Counted from the first letter of the stretch, positions 19,048 through 29,780 are shown. The stretch is DNA of 64,000 bases from Ruminococcus sp. (GCA_051882115.1 JBJERF010000056.1:5093-69092), one strand, 5' to 3'. Numbers and translations: made by a program. Notes: a model not told the origin generated them from the letters alone.

Positions 19048-20523
19048 ATGGAACAGAATTATTCGTTGAAATCTCTGCTTGAGTTATTTCTCAGTAAGAT
19101 CTGGCTGATTGTGGTACTTACCTTATGCGGCGGAATTGCTGCATTTTGTGTTTCAAAATTTGCTATGCCGCTGCAATATTCTTCCCATATTTCTATGTAT
19201 GTTCAGAGTTATACATCATCCTCTTCGGAGGATGAAAGTCAGGGTTATAACAATATCAGCAACTCCAAGCAGCTGATCAATACATATATTGAAGTTCTCA
19301 AAGATGACGCAGTTATGAACGCCGTTGCCGATGGCCTTACGGAGAAATTTGATGAAAGCATATTAAAACAGAACTTTTCTATGAGCGAGGGAGCAATTGC
19401 CCCCTCATCCCTGCGTGCTTGTATTTCCATCACTTCTGTAAGTGATACCAGCGCATTGACAGTAACTGCTACAACTCATCATGCAGAGCTTTCCGCTGCA
19501 ATCTGTAATCATCTTGCAAGAGTTTCACCGCTGTATCTGCGTCAGGCTGTGGGTGTCGGTTCTATCAATGTGATTGATACTGCAAAAGTCTATCATACAC
19601 CGGTTGCTCCGAATATCCGGAAAAATACGATGATGGGTCTTGCTGCTGGTCTTGTACTGAGTCTTCTGATTATCGTAATGATAGATTTCTTTGATAATAC
19701 TGTTAAAAAAACCGATGCACTTACGAAACTGTATAATAAAGGTGTTATTGGGGAAATCCAGCATATTGATACGGATAAAAAGAAAAAGCCATCGGATAGC
19801 GATGTGTATATCAAAGTGACCGATGAGAAACTGCCGTTTTCTATTGTTGAAAGCTATAAATCGATTCGTACCAACATTACTTTTTCGCTTTCTACTTTTG
19901 ATAAAAAGATTTTTTCAGTTTCCTCTCCGAACCCGGGCGAAGGTAAGTCTACCATATCTGCCAATCTTGCACAGACTCTGGCACAGGGGGAGAGTAAAAT
20001 TCTTCTGATAGATGCCGACATGCGCAAGCCGCAGCAGCATAAAATTTTTGGATTGCAGAATAAAAAGGGACTTTCTTCTGCCGTTAGCAAAATGAATTCT
20101 GTAGAAGAATGCATTCAAAAAAATGTAGTGGATCATCTGGATGTTATGACAGCGGGTCCGATTCCTCCCAACCCATCTGAATTGCTTGCATCCGAGCAAA
20201 TGGGCAAGATTCTGAGTCAACTTGTGGAACAGTATGACATCATTCTGATTGATACGCCGCCTGTTAATCCGGTTACAGATGCCATGGAGCTTACAAAGCA
20301 TATTGCAGGGATGATTATGGTACTTCGCTATGGAAAAACCAAATTGGAAGAAGTAGAATTTGCCATGAAGAAAATTGAGCTTTCACAGATGAATCTGCTT
20401 GGATTTGTTTTGAATGATGTAAAATCAAAGCATCTGAGCAATTATTACTCTAAGTATCAATGTGATAAAAATTACAAATATAATGGCATTCCTGCTTCGA
20501 AAACATCTGAGGATGATGGATAA
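19048..20523 (+). CDS. Fused chain-length regulator/BY-kinase (CpsC-CpsD, Wzc-like)
   Basis: Wzz-like N-terminal half with two TMs; ESYKSIRTN, PGEGKST, IDADMRKP, DTPP, C-terminal Tyr cluster. Confidence 0.9.
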   Translation: MEQNYSLKSLLELFLSKIWLIVVLTLCGGIAAFCVSKFAMPLQYSSHISMYVQSYTSSSSEDESQGYNNISNSKQLINTYIEVLKDDAVMNAVADGLTEKFDESILKQNFSMSEGAIAPSSLRACISITSVSDTSALTVTATTHHAELSAAICNHLARVSPLYLRQAVGVGSINVIDTAKVYHTPVAPNIRKNTMMGLAAGLVLSLLIIVMIDFFDNTVKKTDALTKLYNKGVIGEIQHIDTDKKKKPSDSDVYIKVTDEKLPFSIVESYKSIRTNITFSLSTFDKKIFSVSSPNPGEGKSTISANLAQTLAQGESKILLIDADMRKPQQHKIFGLQNKKGLSSAVSKMNSVEECIQKNVVDHLDVMTAGPIPPNPSELLASEQMGKILSQLVEQYDIILIDTPPVNPVTDAMELTKHIAGMIMVLRYGKTKLEEVEFAMKKIELSQMNLLGFVLNDVKSKHLSNYYSKYQCDKNYKYNGIPASKTSEDDG

Positions 20524-21209
20524 TGCGTACAGATTATCATTGCCATATTTTGCCTGCCTTGGATGATGGTGCGAAGGATGTGCAGATGTCACTTGCTATG
20601 ATTGAAATGATGCGGCATCAGGGCGTTGAGCGTATCATTGCAACGCCGCATTTTTACGCACATCGGGAAAAATCGGTGGAGGATTTTCTGGTAAAACGGC
20701 AGGCAGCCTTTGAAAGGATCCGTGAGCAGGCAGCCATTTCCAATATCATTCTGGGTGCAGAGGTCTTGCTTGAGCATGGTATTTCTGAATGGAAAGATGT
20801 TGAAAAGCTTGCCGTACAGGGCACAGACTGGATGCTTCTTGAATTGCCGTATGGCAGGTATGAACAATGGATGGAAGAGGAAATCTATCACATTTCAACT
20901 GCCTATCATCTGAAGGTGGTGCTTGCGCATATTCACCGGTATCTGCATGATTACAGCAAGGCAGAAATGTGCCGGATTCTGAAAACAGGCGCAGTGCTTC
21001 AGATCAACAACGAAGCTTTTGAAAGCTTTTCCCAAAGAAATTTTGTAAAGAAACTTATAAAAGATAGATATACACTGCTCTTTGGCAGTGATGCACATAA
21101 TCTTACAAAGCGAAAGCCCAATTGGGATGTAATTGTAAAAAAATGCAAAAAAGAAATCATTGAACAGTCCGATTCGTTTCTGAAATCACCAGAAAGGGGA
21201 AATATATGA
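20523..21209 (+). CDS. PHP-family tyrosine phosphatase (CpsB/CapC)
   Basis: DYHCHILPALDDG, ATPHF, AHIHRY, GSDAH. Confidence 0.9.
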   Translation: MRTDYHCHILPALDDGAKDVQMSLAMIEMMRHQGVERIIATPHFYAHREKSVEDFLVKRQAAFERIREQAAISNIILGAEVLLEHGISEWKDVEKLAVQGTDWMLLELPYGRYEQWMEEEIYHISTAYHLKVVLAHIHRYLHDYSKAEMCRILKTGAVLQINNEAFESFSQRNFVKKLIKDRYTLLFGSDAHNLTKRKPNWDVIVKKCKKEIIEQSDSFLKSPERGNI

Positions 21210-22234
21210 AAAAAATTTTACTTGCAGGCGGAGCTGGCTACATCGGTTCTCATACAGCTGTTGAACTGTTGGAGAGCGGCTATGAAGTTATCATCGCCGA
21301 TAATTACTCCAACAGCTGTCCGGAGGCAGTAAAGCGTGTGGAAGAGATAACCGGCAAATCTGTAAAAGTCTATGAAGTGGATATCAAAGACAGCGAAAAA
21401 CTGGAAACCGTGTTCCGGGAAAACAGGATCGATGCTGTGATTCATTTTGCCGGACTGAAAGCTGTAGGCGAATCCGTGGAAAAGCCGGTGCTTTACTACA
21501 GAAATAATATAGATACTACGCTTTCTCTGCTTGAGTGTATGAAAAAGTATGATGTGAACAACATCATCTTTTCATCCAGTGCAACCGTCTATGGTGAGGA
21601 GAATTCTGTGCCTTACACAGAAGAAATGAAGCGGGGTACTTGTACCAATCCTTACGGCTGGACAAAGGTGATGATGGAACAGATTCTGGAGGATGCAGCC
21701 AAGGCTGACAAAAAGCTGTCTGTGGTTCTGCTTCGATATTTCAATCCCATCGGCGCACATGAATCCGGCAGAATCGGAGAAGATCCTCAGGGAATTCCCA
21801 ATAATCTTATGCCTTATGTAGCACAGGTTGCAGTGGGCAGACGTGAGCAGCTGACCATCTTCGGCAATGATTACGATACACCGGACGGAACCTGCCGCCG
21901 TGATTATATCCATGTGGTTGACCTTGCCAAAGGACATGTAAAAGCCATTGAATATGTCTTTGAAAATGACGGTGTTGAAATCTTCAATCTTGGTACAGGT
22001 ACTCCATACAGTGTAACGGAGATTGTTACAACATTTGAAGAAGTCAATCATATCCGGATTCGTCATGTATACGGCAACAGAAGAGCGGGTGATCTTCCCG
22101 AAAGCTATGCAAATGCGGATAAGGCATACCGTATGCTTGGCTGGAAGACAGAAAAAACACTTGCTGATATGTGCAGAGATACATGGAACTGGCAGAAAAA
22201 CAACCCCAACGGTTATCAGGCAAAGGAGAGATAG
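21206..22234 (+). CDS. galE: UDP-glucose 4-epimerase
   Basis: GGAGYIGSH, HFAGLKAVGES, YGWTK, LRYFNP. Confidence 0.95.
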   Translation: MKKILLAGGAGYIGSHTAVELLESGYEVIIADNYSNSCPEAVKRVEEITGKSVKVYEVDIKDSEKLETVFRENRIDAVIHFAGLKAVGESVEKPVLYYRNNIDTTLSLLECMKKYDVNNIIFSSSATVYGEENSVPYTEEMKRGTCTNPYGWTKVMMEQILEDAAKADKKLSVVLLRYFNPIGAHESGRIGEDPQGIPNNLMPYVAQVAVGRREQLTIFGNDYDTPDGTCRRDYIHVVDLAKGHVKAIEYVFENDGVEIFNLGTGTPYSVTEIVTTFEEVNHIRIRHVYGNRRAGDLPESYANADKAYRMLGWKTEKTLADMCRDTWNWQKNNPNGYQAKER

Positions 22235-22235
22235 T

Positions 22236-24074
22236 ATGTGCGGAATCGTAGGTTTCACAGGGGAACATCAGGCAGCTCCCATACTGCTTGACGGTCTTTC
22301 AAAGCTTGAATACAGAGGCTATGACTCAGCAGGCATTGCTGTGCGTGACGGAGAAAATGTCACCGAAATCATTAAGGAAAAGGGCAAGCTGAAAGTTCTT
22401 CAGGAAATGACGGACCATGGCAAAGCAGTAAAAGGATGCTGCGGTATTGGCCACACACGCTGGGCAACCCATGGCGAACCGTCTGCACTGAATGCACATC
22501 CCCATGCGAGTGATGACGAAAATGTAATTGCAGTACATAACGGCATTATTGAAAATTATCAGGAGCTGAGAGAAAAGCTCATAAAAGCAGGTTATGTTTT
22601 TCATTCACAGACAGATACAGAAGTTGCAGTAAAGCTGATTGACTACTACTGGAACAAGTATAAGGAAGGGCCGGTAGATTCCATCTGTCGTGCTATGATT
22701 CGTATCCGTGGTTCTTATGCTCTGTGCGTGATGTTCAAAGAGCTGCCGGGTGAAATTTATACCGCAAGAAAAGATTCTCCTATGATTATCGGTATTTCAA
22801 ACGGCGAAACCTATGTGGCATCTGATGTTCCTGCCATTCTCAAATATACACGAAGTGTGTACTACATCGGCAATATGGAAATTGCAAGACTCCGCAAAGG
22901 CAATGTAACCTTTTACAATATTGAAAGAGAAGAAATTGAAAAGCCTGTCACCGAAATCGAATGGGATGCAGAAGCAGCGGAAAAGGGCGGCTATGAGCAT
23001 TTTATGCTGAAAGAAATTCATGAACAGCCAAAGGTCATTTCTGATACCATTCGTTCTGTTGTAAAGGATGGAAAGATTGACCTTGCCGCAATTGGTCTGG
23101 ATGATGAAACCATGCGATCCATTAGCCAGATTTATATTGTAGCCTGCGGTTCTGCTTATCATGTGGGTATGGCAGCACAATATGTCATCGAAGCACTTAC
23201 CAGTTTGTCCGTTCGTGTGGAGCTTGCATCTGAGTTCCGCTATAGAAAAATGCATATGGCGAAAGAGAGCCTTGTTATGATTATCAGTCAGTCCGGCGAA
23301 ACGGCAGACAGCCTGGCAGCTCTCCGTATGGCAAAGGAACAGGGCATGAAAACACTGGGTATTGTAAATGTTGTAGGGTCATCCATTGCAAGAGAAGCGG
23401 ATAATGTTTTTTACACGCTTGCAGGGCCTGAAATTTCTGTTGCTACCACAAAGGCATACAGTGCACAGCTTGTAGCAGCCTATCTTCTGGCTATAGGCTT
23501 TGCAGAGGCAAGAGGGGAGATAGAGGAGCAGAGATATACGGAGCTGATGGAAGAAATTTATACAATTCCCGGAAAAATTGAGAGAATTCTGGAGGATAAG
23601 GAGCGTATCCAGTGGTTTGCAAGCAAGCTTGCAGGGGTAAAGGACGCTTTCTTTATTGGCAGAGGCATCGACTATGCCATCAGTCTGGAGGGCAGCCTCA
23701 AGATGAAGGAAATCAGCTACATTCACTCGGAGGCCTATGCAGCAGGTGAGTTGAAGCATGGCCCCATCAGCCTGATTGAAGACGGAACCATTGTATTCAG
23801 CGTGGTCACACAGCAGAATCTCTACGAAAAGACCGTCAGCAATATGGTAGAGGTCAAAAGCCGTGGTGCACATCTTATGGGATTGACAACCTATGGCAAC
23901 TATGCGATGGAGGATATTGCGGATTTTACCGTATATATTCCGAAGATTGATCAGCTGTTTGCCGGCAGTCTGGCAGTGGTGCCGCTTCAGCTTTTGGGGT
24001 ATTATGTATCGGTTGCAAAGGGCTATGATGTGGACAAGCCGAGAAATCTTGCAAAAAGTGTAACGGTGGAATAA
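22236..24074 (+). CDS. glmS: Glutamine-fructose-6-phosphate aminotransferase
   Basis: True start MCGIVG (catalytic Cys); LEYRGYDSAG, GHTRWATHG, SQSGETAD, PRNLAKSVTVE. Confidence 0.97.
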   Translation: MCGIVGFTGEHQAAPILLDGLSKLEYRGYDSAGIAVRDGENVTEIIKEKGKLKVLQEMTDHGKAVKGCCGIGHTRWATHGEPSALNAHPHASDDENVIAVHNGIIENYQELREKLIKAGYVFHSQTDTEVAVKLIDYYWNKYKEGPVDSICRAMIRIRGSYALCVMFKELPGEIYTARKDSPMIIGISNGETYVASDVPAILKYTRSVYYIGNMEIARLRKGNVTFYNIEREEIEKPVTEIEWDAEAAEKGGYEHFMLKEIHEQPKVISDTIRSVVKDGKIDLAAIGLDDETMRSISQIYIVACGSAYHVGMAAQYVIEALTSLSVRVELASEFRYRKMHMAKESLVMIISQSGETADSLAALRMAKEQGMKTLGIVNVVGSSIAREADNVFYTLAGPEISVATTKAYSAQLVAAYLLAIGFAEARGEIEEQRYTELMEEIYTIPGKIERILEDKERIQWFASKLAGVKDAFFIGRGIDYAISLEGSLKMKEISYIHSEAYAAGELKHGPISLIEDGTIVFSVVTQQNLYEKTVSNMVEVKSRGAHLMGLTTYGNYAMEDIADFTVYIPKIDQLFAGSLAVVPLQLLGYYVSVAKGYDVDKPRNLAKSVTVE

Positions 24075-24149
24075 ATCTGAAAATGCTCTGATAGCAGGCA
24101 GAAATGACAGATATAAGGAGAAAACAAAAAATCATTGGGGGATGTTTAC

Positions 24150-26057
24150 ATGAAGAGAATTCTGCAAAAATTCAGATATAGAAAATGTATTCTTGCATTG
24201 GCAGATGCTTTTATCATTGGTGTAGCAGCACTGATGTCTAATTTTGTAATGGCTGTATTTCATTGTGACATCCCACAGCGTTATCTGATGGTATCCATAG
24301 TTATGAGCGTTATTTCCTGTGGAATCTGTCTTTTTTCATTCGGAGCATACAACAAGCTGTGGCGGTATTTTAATTACAAGGACTATTTGTCCTGTATTTA
24401 CGGGGTTGTGCTGGGCATAACGATTGCCTGCCTGTTTTTTGGCCTTATGAAAGGAAACGTTCCATTTGCCTATGCTGTACTTCATTGTGTAATTTCTCTG
24501 ATTGGCATATGTCTGTTTCGTTTTATTTTCAAGCAGACATTTATTGATCTGATAGATGCCGGAAAGCATGATGTAAAAATGAAACGCACGATGATTATCG
24601 GCGGCGGGCAAGCCTGTAACACCCTGCTGAAAGAATTGTTCAGTATCAATGAAAATCCCACAAAAGATGATGTTCCTTTTAAGCCGGTCTGTATTATTGA
24701 TGATGATCGCAATAAAATTGGCAAAGAGGTTTGCGGCATTCAGATTGTGGGCAGTACAAACGAAATTCCCAAATATGTCCAGAGTATGAATATTGAGCAG
24801 ATTATTCTTGCCATTCCGTCAGCCATTGAGGAAGAACGTAAGCGAATTGTCGATATTTGTACAGAAACCAAGCTTCCGCTGAAAATCATTCCTTTTCTCA
24901 GCGAATTGATTTTTAACGAAAAAAACAGTTCTTTGCTGCATCAGGTCAGAAATATCAAAACGGAAGAGCTGCTGGGAAGAGAACCCATTCAGTTTCAGAA
25001 TGAGGATATCCAGAATTTCATTAGCGGAAAGATCTGTATGGTAACAGGCGGAGGCGGTTCTATCGGCTCTGAGCTGGTGCGTCAGATTGCCAAATACAAT
25101 CCGAAGCAGATTATTATTGTAGACATTTATGAAAATAATGCCTATGATATTCAGCAGGAGCTTATGATGCAATACAAAGGGGCATTGGATCTGGTGACGC
25201 TGATCGCATCTGTTCGTGATTATGAACGTATGAATCAGATTTTCAAGAAGTATAAACCGCAGATTGTATTTCATGCGGCAGCACATAAGCATGTGCCGCT
25301 GATGGAAGTTTCCCCTATGGAAGCCATAAAGAACAATATTATGGGCACATTCAATGTGGCAACACTGGCACAGTTTCATGATGTACAGAAATTTGTCATG
25401 ATTTCTACGGATAAGGCAGTGAATCCTACGAATGTTATGGGAGCATCCAAACGATGCTGTGAGATGATTATTCAATATCTTTCACAGCAGCATGAAGGCG
25501 TGACAGAATTTGTTACTACCCGATTTGGAAATGTTCTGGGCAGCAATGGTTCGGTGATTCCGCTGTTCAAAAAGCAGATTGAAAATGGTCTGCCTGTGAC
25601 AGTGACACATCCGGATATCATTCGTTATTTTATGACCATTCCGGAAGCAGTCAATCTTGTAATGGAAGCAGCAGCTATTGCCCAAGGCGGTGAAATCTTT
25701 GTTCTGGACATGGGACAGCCTGTAAAAATTGTTACACTTGCTGAAAATCTGATTCGAATGTATGGAAAAGAGCCTTACAAAGATGTGAAAATTGAATTTG
25801 TGGGACTCCGGCCGGGTGAAAAAATCAAAGAAGAGCTTCTGATGAATGAAGAAGGTCTGCAAAAGACTTCCAACAAGCTGATATTTATCGGAAAGCAGAT
25901 TGAAATTGAAGAAAAAACCTTTGCAAAGCGTCTTCGGATTCTCCGTGACGCTGCACAGGTGAATAACGAGGCACTTGCCATTTCTGCGCTGCATGAGATG
26001 GTTCCGACCTTTATCACGCCAGAGGAGTTCAACCAAAAGGCAATGATTGCGGTCTGA
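24150..26057 (+). CDS. Membrane-bound NDP-sugar 4,6-dehydratase (CapD/PglF-like)
   Basis: N-terminal TMs, TGGGGSIGSE, HAAAHKHVP, STDKAVNP, RFGNVLGS. Confidence 0.92.
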   Translation: MKRILQKFRYRKCILALADAFIIGVAALMSNFVMAVFHCDIPQRYLMVSIVMSVISCGICLFSFGAYNKLWRYFNYKDYLSCIYGVVLGITIACLFFGLMKGNVPFAYAVLHCVISLIGICLFRFIFKQTFIDLIDAGKHDVKMKRTMIIGGGQACNTLLKELFSINENPTKDDVPFKPVCIIDDDRNKIGKEVCGIQIVGSTNEIPKYVQSMNIEQIILAIPSAIEEERKRIVDICTETKLPLKIIPFLSELIFNEKNSSLLHQVRNIKTEELLGREPIQFQNEDIQNFISGKICMVTGGGGSIGSELVRQIAKYNPKQIIIVDIYENNAYDIQQELMMQYKGALDLVTLIASVRDYERMNQIFKKYKPQIVFHAAAHKHVPLMEVSPMEAIKNNIMGTFNVATLAQFHDVQKFVMISTDKAVNPTNVMGASKRCCEMIIQYLSQQHEGVTEFVTTRFGNVLGSNGSVIPLFKKQIENGLPVTVTHPDIIRYFMTIPEAVNLVMEAAAIAQGGEIFVLDMGQPVKIVTLAENLIRMYGKEPYKDVKIEFVGLRPGEKIKEELLMNEEGLQKTSNKLIFIGKQIEIEEKTFAKRLRILRDAAQVNNEALAISALHEMVPTFITPEEFNQKAMIAV

Positions 26058-26070
26058 GCAGCCTTTTTAT

Positions 26071-26118
26071 ATGAATCCCCATAGCTTTGATGGATCCATC
26101 GCAGTTATGGGGATTTGT
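26071..26118. repeat. Long palindrome/terminator after the capsule genes
   Basis: AATCCCCATAGCT / AGTTATGGGGATT arms around inner palindrome GATGGATCCATC. Confidence 0.6.
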
Positions 26119-26157
26119 CAGGTATCATGAACGGGCAGAAGCGCATATACTTTTTTT

Positions 26158-26254
26158 ATAGATAAGAATTTTTTTCGGTCCAGCAGTTTTTTGCAAAAAA
26201 ATGCTGACAGGGTCCAGGGACAGCGTCCCTGGTCGCCGTCCGCAGACGGCGAAA
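26158..26254 (+). repeat. Three-hairpin intergenic repeat, copy 2
   Basis: 97 bp nearly identical to 56803-56899. Confidence 0.9.
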
Positions 26255-26365
26255 TACCCTGGTTTTCTTTTTTATCCTACTGGACAAATCACCGGGAATG
26301 TGCTATAATGAAAAAGCACTGTAAGCATAGCGTATAAATGCGCTTGATGATAGAGGAGGAAAAAG

Positions 26366-27580
26366 ATGAAATATCTTGTTGTTTTATGTGATGGTATGGC
26401 AGATTATCCTGTAGATGCACTGGGCGGAAAAACACCGCTGGAGGCTGCCGATACGCCCAATATGGATGCATTGGCGAAAACGGCAACCGTGGGGTTGGTA
26501 AAAACGGTTCAGGATGGCATGAAACCGGGCAGTGATGTTGCCAATCTGTCTGTGCTGGGTTATGATCCCATGGTATACTATACGGGGCGTTCTCCGCTGG
26601 AAGCAGGCAGTATCGGCATTGATATGAAAAAAACAGATGTGTCACTGCGCTGTAATCTCGTGACCGTCAGTGATGAGCCGAATTATGAGGATAAGACCAT
26701 TCTGGACTATTGTGCAGATGACATTTCCACGGAAGAGGCTCGTGTTCTGATTGAATATATTCAGGAAAAGCTGGGCTGCAAGGAATTCCAGTTCTATACA
26801 GGTGTTGCTTATCGGCACTGCCTGATCTGGGATAACGGCACGACGGATTTGGGAGGGCTGACACCGCCCCATGATATTACCGGCAAGCCGGTTCGGGCAT
26901 ATCTTCCCACAAAAATGAGTCCCAACGCAGCAAAGCTTCAGCGGCTGATGGAGCAGTCCTATGAGCTGCTCAAAGACCATCCCATCAATATTGCACGTAT
27001 GGAAAAGGGGCTTCGTCCTGCCAACAGCATCTGGCTGTGGGGCGAGGGTGTTCGTGCGGAGCTGGATGATTTCAAGGAGAAGTACGGTCTGCGTGCATCT
27101 ATGATTTCCGCAGTGGATCTGCTCAAAGGCATCGGCAAATTTTCCGGTATGCATGTGGTGCATGTGCAGGGTGCAACGGGCTATATTGATACAGATTTCG
27201 ACGGAAAAGCAGCGGCTGCCATTCATGAATTTGAAAATGGTCAGGATTTTGTCTATATTCATGTGGAAGCACCGGACGAGTGCGGCCATCGGGGCGAGAT
27301 TGAAAATAAGGTGCGTGCCATTTCCCTGATTGATGAGAAGATTCTGGGGCCGGTGACGGATGCACTGCGCCAGATGGGTGATTTTAAAGTGCTTGTTATG
27401 CCGGATCATGCAACGCCCCTGTCTTTGAAAACGCATACAAATGATCCGATTCCGTTTTTGTTGTTTGACAGCACAAAACCGGTAAATGGTGTGGAAGCTT
27501 TTCATGAGCGTGCAGCCAAGGAAACTGGTCTTTATATAGACGAGGGATTCCGTATGATGAAAGGTTTTGCAGATGCTTGA
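26366..27580 (+). CDS. apgM: Cofactor-independent phosphoglycerate mutase, ApgM-type
   Basis: DGMADYP, PGSDVANL, EAPDECGH, PDHATP. Confidence 0.9.
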   Translation: MKYLVVLCDGMADYPVDALGGKTPLEAADTPNMDALAKTATVGLVKTVQDGMKPGSDVANLSVLGYDPMVYYTGRSPLEAGSIGIDMKKTDVSLRCNLVTVSDEPNYEDKTILDYCADDISTEEARVLIEYIQEKLGCKEFQFYTGVAYRHCLIWDNGTTDLGGLTPPHDITGKPVRAYLPTKMSPNAAKLQRLMEQSYELLKDHPINIARMEKGLRPANSIWLWGEGVRAELDDFKEKYGLRASMISAVDLLKGIGKFSGMHVVHVQGATGYIDTDFDGKAAAAIHEFENGQDFVYIHVEAPDECGHRGEIENKVRAISLIDEKILGPVTDALRQMGDFKVLVMPDHATPLSLKTHTNDPIPFLLFDSTKPVNGVEAFHERAAKETGLYIDEGFRMMKGFADA

Positions 27581-28613
27581 GAAAACTCCGGATGCAAGCC
27601 ATGAGCGGGCATTGCTGCACTATGCATATCGGTTTATTTTCTTCACCATGGTGATTGCTTATGTGATGATCTGTATTCTGGCAGTTTATGCAGTCAGCGT
27701 GCTGGATCGCAACGATGTGGTACGCCAGATTGATACCAATGTCAATGCAATTACAGCTTATCTGGATCAAGGCTCTGAAACCAGTGAACGGATTCAGGAA
27801 GAGTTTCTGGATGAGTATCGTACAAAAACACGGGTCATTTCCATGATGCTTCAGGATACGGATGCTCTGGAGGAAAATGAAACCATTCTGGAGGAAATCC
27901 GTGTCACGGTGGGTGCGGATGAAGTCAGTGTATTTTCGGATAAAGGAAATATTGTGGCAAGCACTGCGACCTATGATGGCAGTGTTTCTATTGATCCGCA
28001 GTTTCAGAAGCATATGCATGAAAAAAATTATAACGATGCAATCCTGTATGAGCAGGAAGAGCATCCATATGTGGCAGCAGCAGCACAGCTGGCAGATCGT
28101 GGATATTTTTTACAAATTACTTTTGATGCGCAATCGTTGGTTTCATTGATTGAGAATGCATCGATTTCTTCAGTGGCAAAGAATTTTCCGCTGTACTCTG
28201 ACGGAAAAACAGCCATTCTGGATTCAGAAACACTGACTTATCTGAGCCATACGGATCAGAGCAAAATCGGCATGGCGTGTTCCATTGATGCAGAGCAGTT
28301 TCATAAGAACAAGGGAAAGTTTGATACAGTCCTTTCTGGCGATACGATTATGGTGCGTTACCATAAGTACGATGGCTATATCATCGCTGCTTTTGTATCT
28401 TATGATGATATCTTTCATGCAAGCTATACGGTGCTGGGTTGGATGATCAGCGGCGGTGTTGTCATTCTTACAGTAACTGCACTGGCCATGCGTATGGCAA
28501 CCATTCGTGCATTGCGGAAGTACGATCTGGAAGCGCAGAACATACAGTCGGAATGTGCAAATACAGATACCTGTAAGGCAGAAGAAGCCGAAAAGGAAAC
28601 CGTGTCCTCATAA
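27573..28613 (+). CDS. Two-TM membrane protein with extracellular Cache-like domain and no cytoplasmic output domain
   Basis: TM, about 250 aa PAS/Cache-like loop (VSVFSDKGNIVAST, YLSHTD..IG), TM, short tail; overlaps apgM stop. Confidence 0.6.
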   Translation: MLEKTPDASHERALLHYAYRFIFFTMVIAYVMICILAVYAVSVLDRNDVVRQIDTNVNAITAYLDQGSETSERIQEEFLDEYRTKTRVISMMLQDTDALEENETILEEIRVTVGADEVSVFSDKGNIVASTATYDGSVSIDPQFQKHMHEKNYNDAILYEQEEHPYVAAAAQLADRGYFLQITFDAQSLVSLIENASISSVAKNFPLYSDGKTAILDSETLTYLSHTDQSKIGMACSIDAEQFHKNKGKFDTVLSGDTIMVRYHKYDGYIIAAFVSYDDIFHASYTVLGWMISGGVVILTVTALAMRMATIRALRKYDLEAQNIQSECANTDTCKAEEAEKETVSS

Positions 28614-28618
28614 ATGAC

Positions 28619-28649
28619 AAAAACCGCAGGGGTGTATCCTGCGGTTTTT
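28619..28649. terminator. Bidirectional terminator
   Basis: AAAAACCGCAGG-loop-CCTGCGGTTTTT between convergent genes. Confidence 0.85.
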
Positions 28650-28667
28650 CTGTATGTCATGTATTTT

Positions 28668-29780
28668 TTAAAAAGAAATTGCATTTCCAAGCAGTTTGAA
28701 TTCCTTACAGCTTTTGCAAAGCTCTGTGAGAAACAGTGCGATGCTGCGGTCACGCAGATTTCCCTTAAAATCAATGTAAAAAACAACATCAAAGCTGCCG
28801 TCACGGATGGGACGGTTCTCAATTTTCACCAGATCGATATTCTGAAGAAAGAATTTCATCAAAAGCTTACTCAGACTTCCGGGAACATTGGGCAGGGTCA
28901 GCATCACAGAAATTACATCTGCATCCGGAGAAACTTCCATATCTTTTGTGATACAGATAAAACGTGTATAGTTGGGCAATACGTTGGAAATACGGGATTC
29001 CAGAATTTCCAGACCATTCAATATTGCACAGCGTTCAGAACAGATGGCAGCAATGGGCTGCTCGCTTTCCGCTACCATTTTGGCAGCTGTTGCTGTATTG
29101 TCATAATCTTTCATCCGAAGATGATGCTTTTTGATGAAATCGGAGCACTGGGAAAGAGCCTGGGGATGGGAATACACACGGGTGATGTCGCTGAGCTTTG
29201 TGCCTTTGCGTACAGCCAGACAGTTTGCGACTTCTACCTGATTCATTGCTGTAATGAAGAAATTATATTTTCCCATCAGGTCATAGGTCTGGGTTACAGA
29301 GCCTGCGGTACTATTGTAAATCGGCAAAACGCCATATGTAATTTCACCGGCTTCTACTGCTTCAAATACCTCATGGAAAGATGGGTAATAATACGGTTCA
29401 CGGTCAGGGAAAAAGGTACGGACAGCCGTTTCAGAATTTGCACCGGGGCAGCCCTGACAGCCCACTTTTTTGGCGGCATCGAAGTCCGGCTGAATAAAAA
29501 CGGGGGCGGTTTCATCGGCAGAAATGATTTGCTGCTGAAGCTGTTTGCTGATATCCATGATCACAGTAAAAAAGCCCCGTGCACTGGCCTTCATATCGTC
29601 CTGTGCAAGGTTTTCCATTTTTTGCAGGATTTCCTGTTCACGGGATTCCTGAAAAATGGGCATATGATGTTCCTTTTTATATGCAGCAACCTGGCGGCAC
29701 AGGTTCATGCGTTTCTGGAATAAATCTAATAACGCCTTATCCATCTGGTCAATTTCGGTACGGATTTCATTCAAATTCAT
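28668..29780 (-). CDS. pheA: Chorismate mutase/prephenate dehydratase
   Basis: LNEIRTEID...RE CM domain, SHPQALSQC, NYTRF, ACT domain KIENRP. Confidence 0.93.
   Translation of the reverse strand: MNLNEIRTEIDQMDKALLDLFQKRMNLCRQVAAYKKEHHMPIFQESREQEILQKMENLAQDDMKASARGFFTVIMDISKQLQQQIISADETAPVFIQPDFDAAKKVGCQGCPGANSETAVRTFFPDREPYYYPSFHEVFEAVEAGEITYGVLPIYNSTAGSVTQTYDLMGKYNFFITAMNQVEVANCLAVRKGTKLSDITRVYSHPQALSQCSDFIKKHHLRMKDYDNTATAAKMVAESEQPIAAICSERCAILNGLEILESRISNVLPNYTRFICITKDMEVSPDADVISVMLTLPNVPGSLSKLLMKFFLQNIDLVKIENRPIRDGSFDVVFYIDFKGNLRDRSIALFLTELCKSCKEFKLLGNAISF

Noticed and set aside
22023-22235. N-terminal extension of GlmS in the ORF track
   Set aside because: GlmS needs Cys at the mature N-terminus; MCGIVG at 22236 has its own RBS
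28614-29723. 369-aa plus-strand ORF opposite pheA
   Set aside because: Codon-aligned antisense shadow that starts in a terminator and has no RBS or motifs
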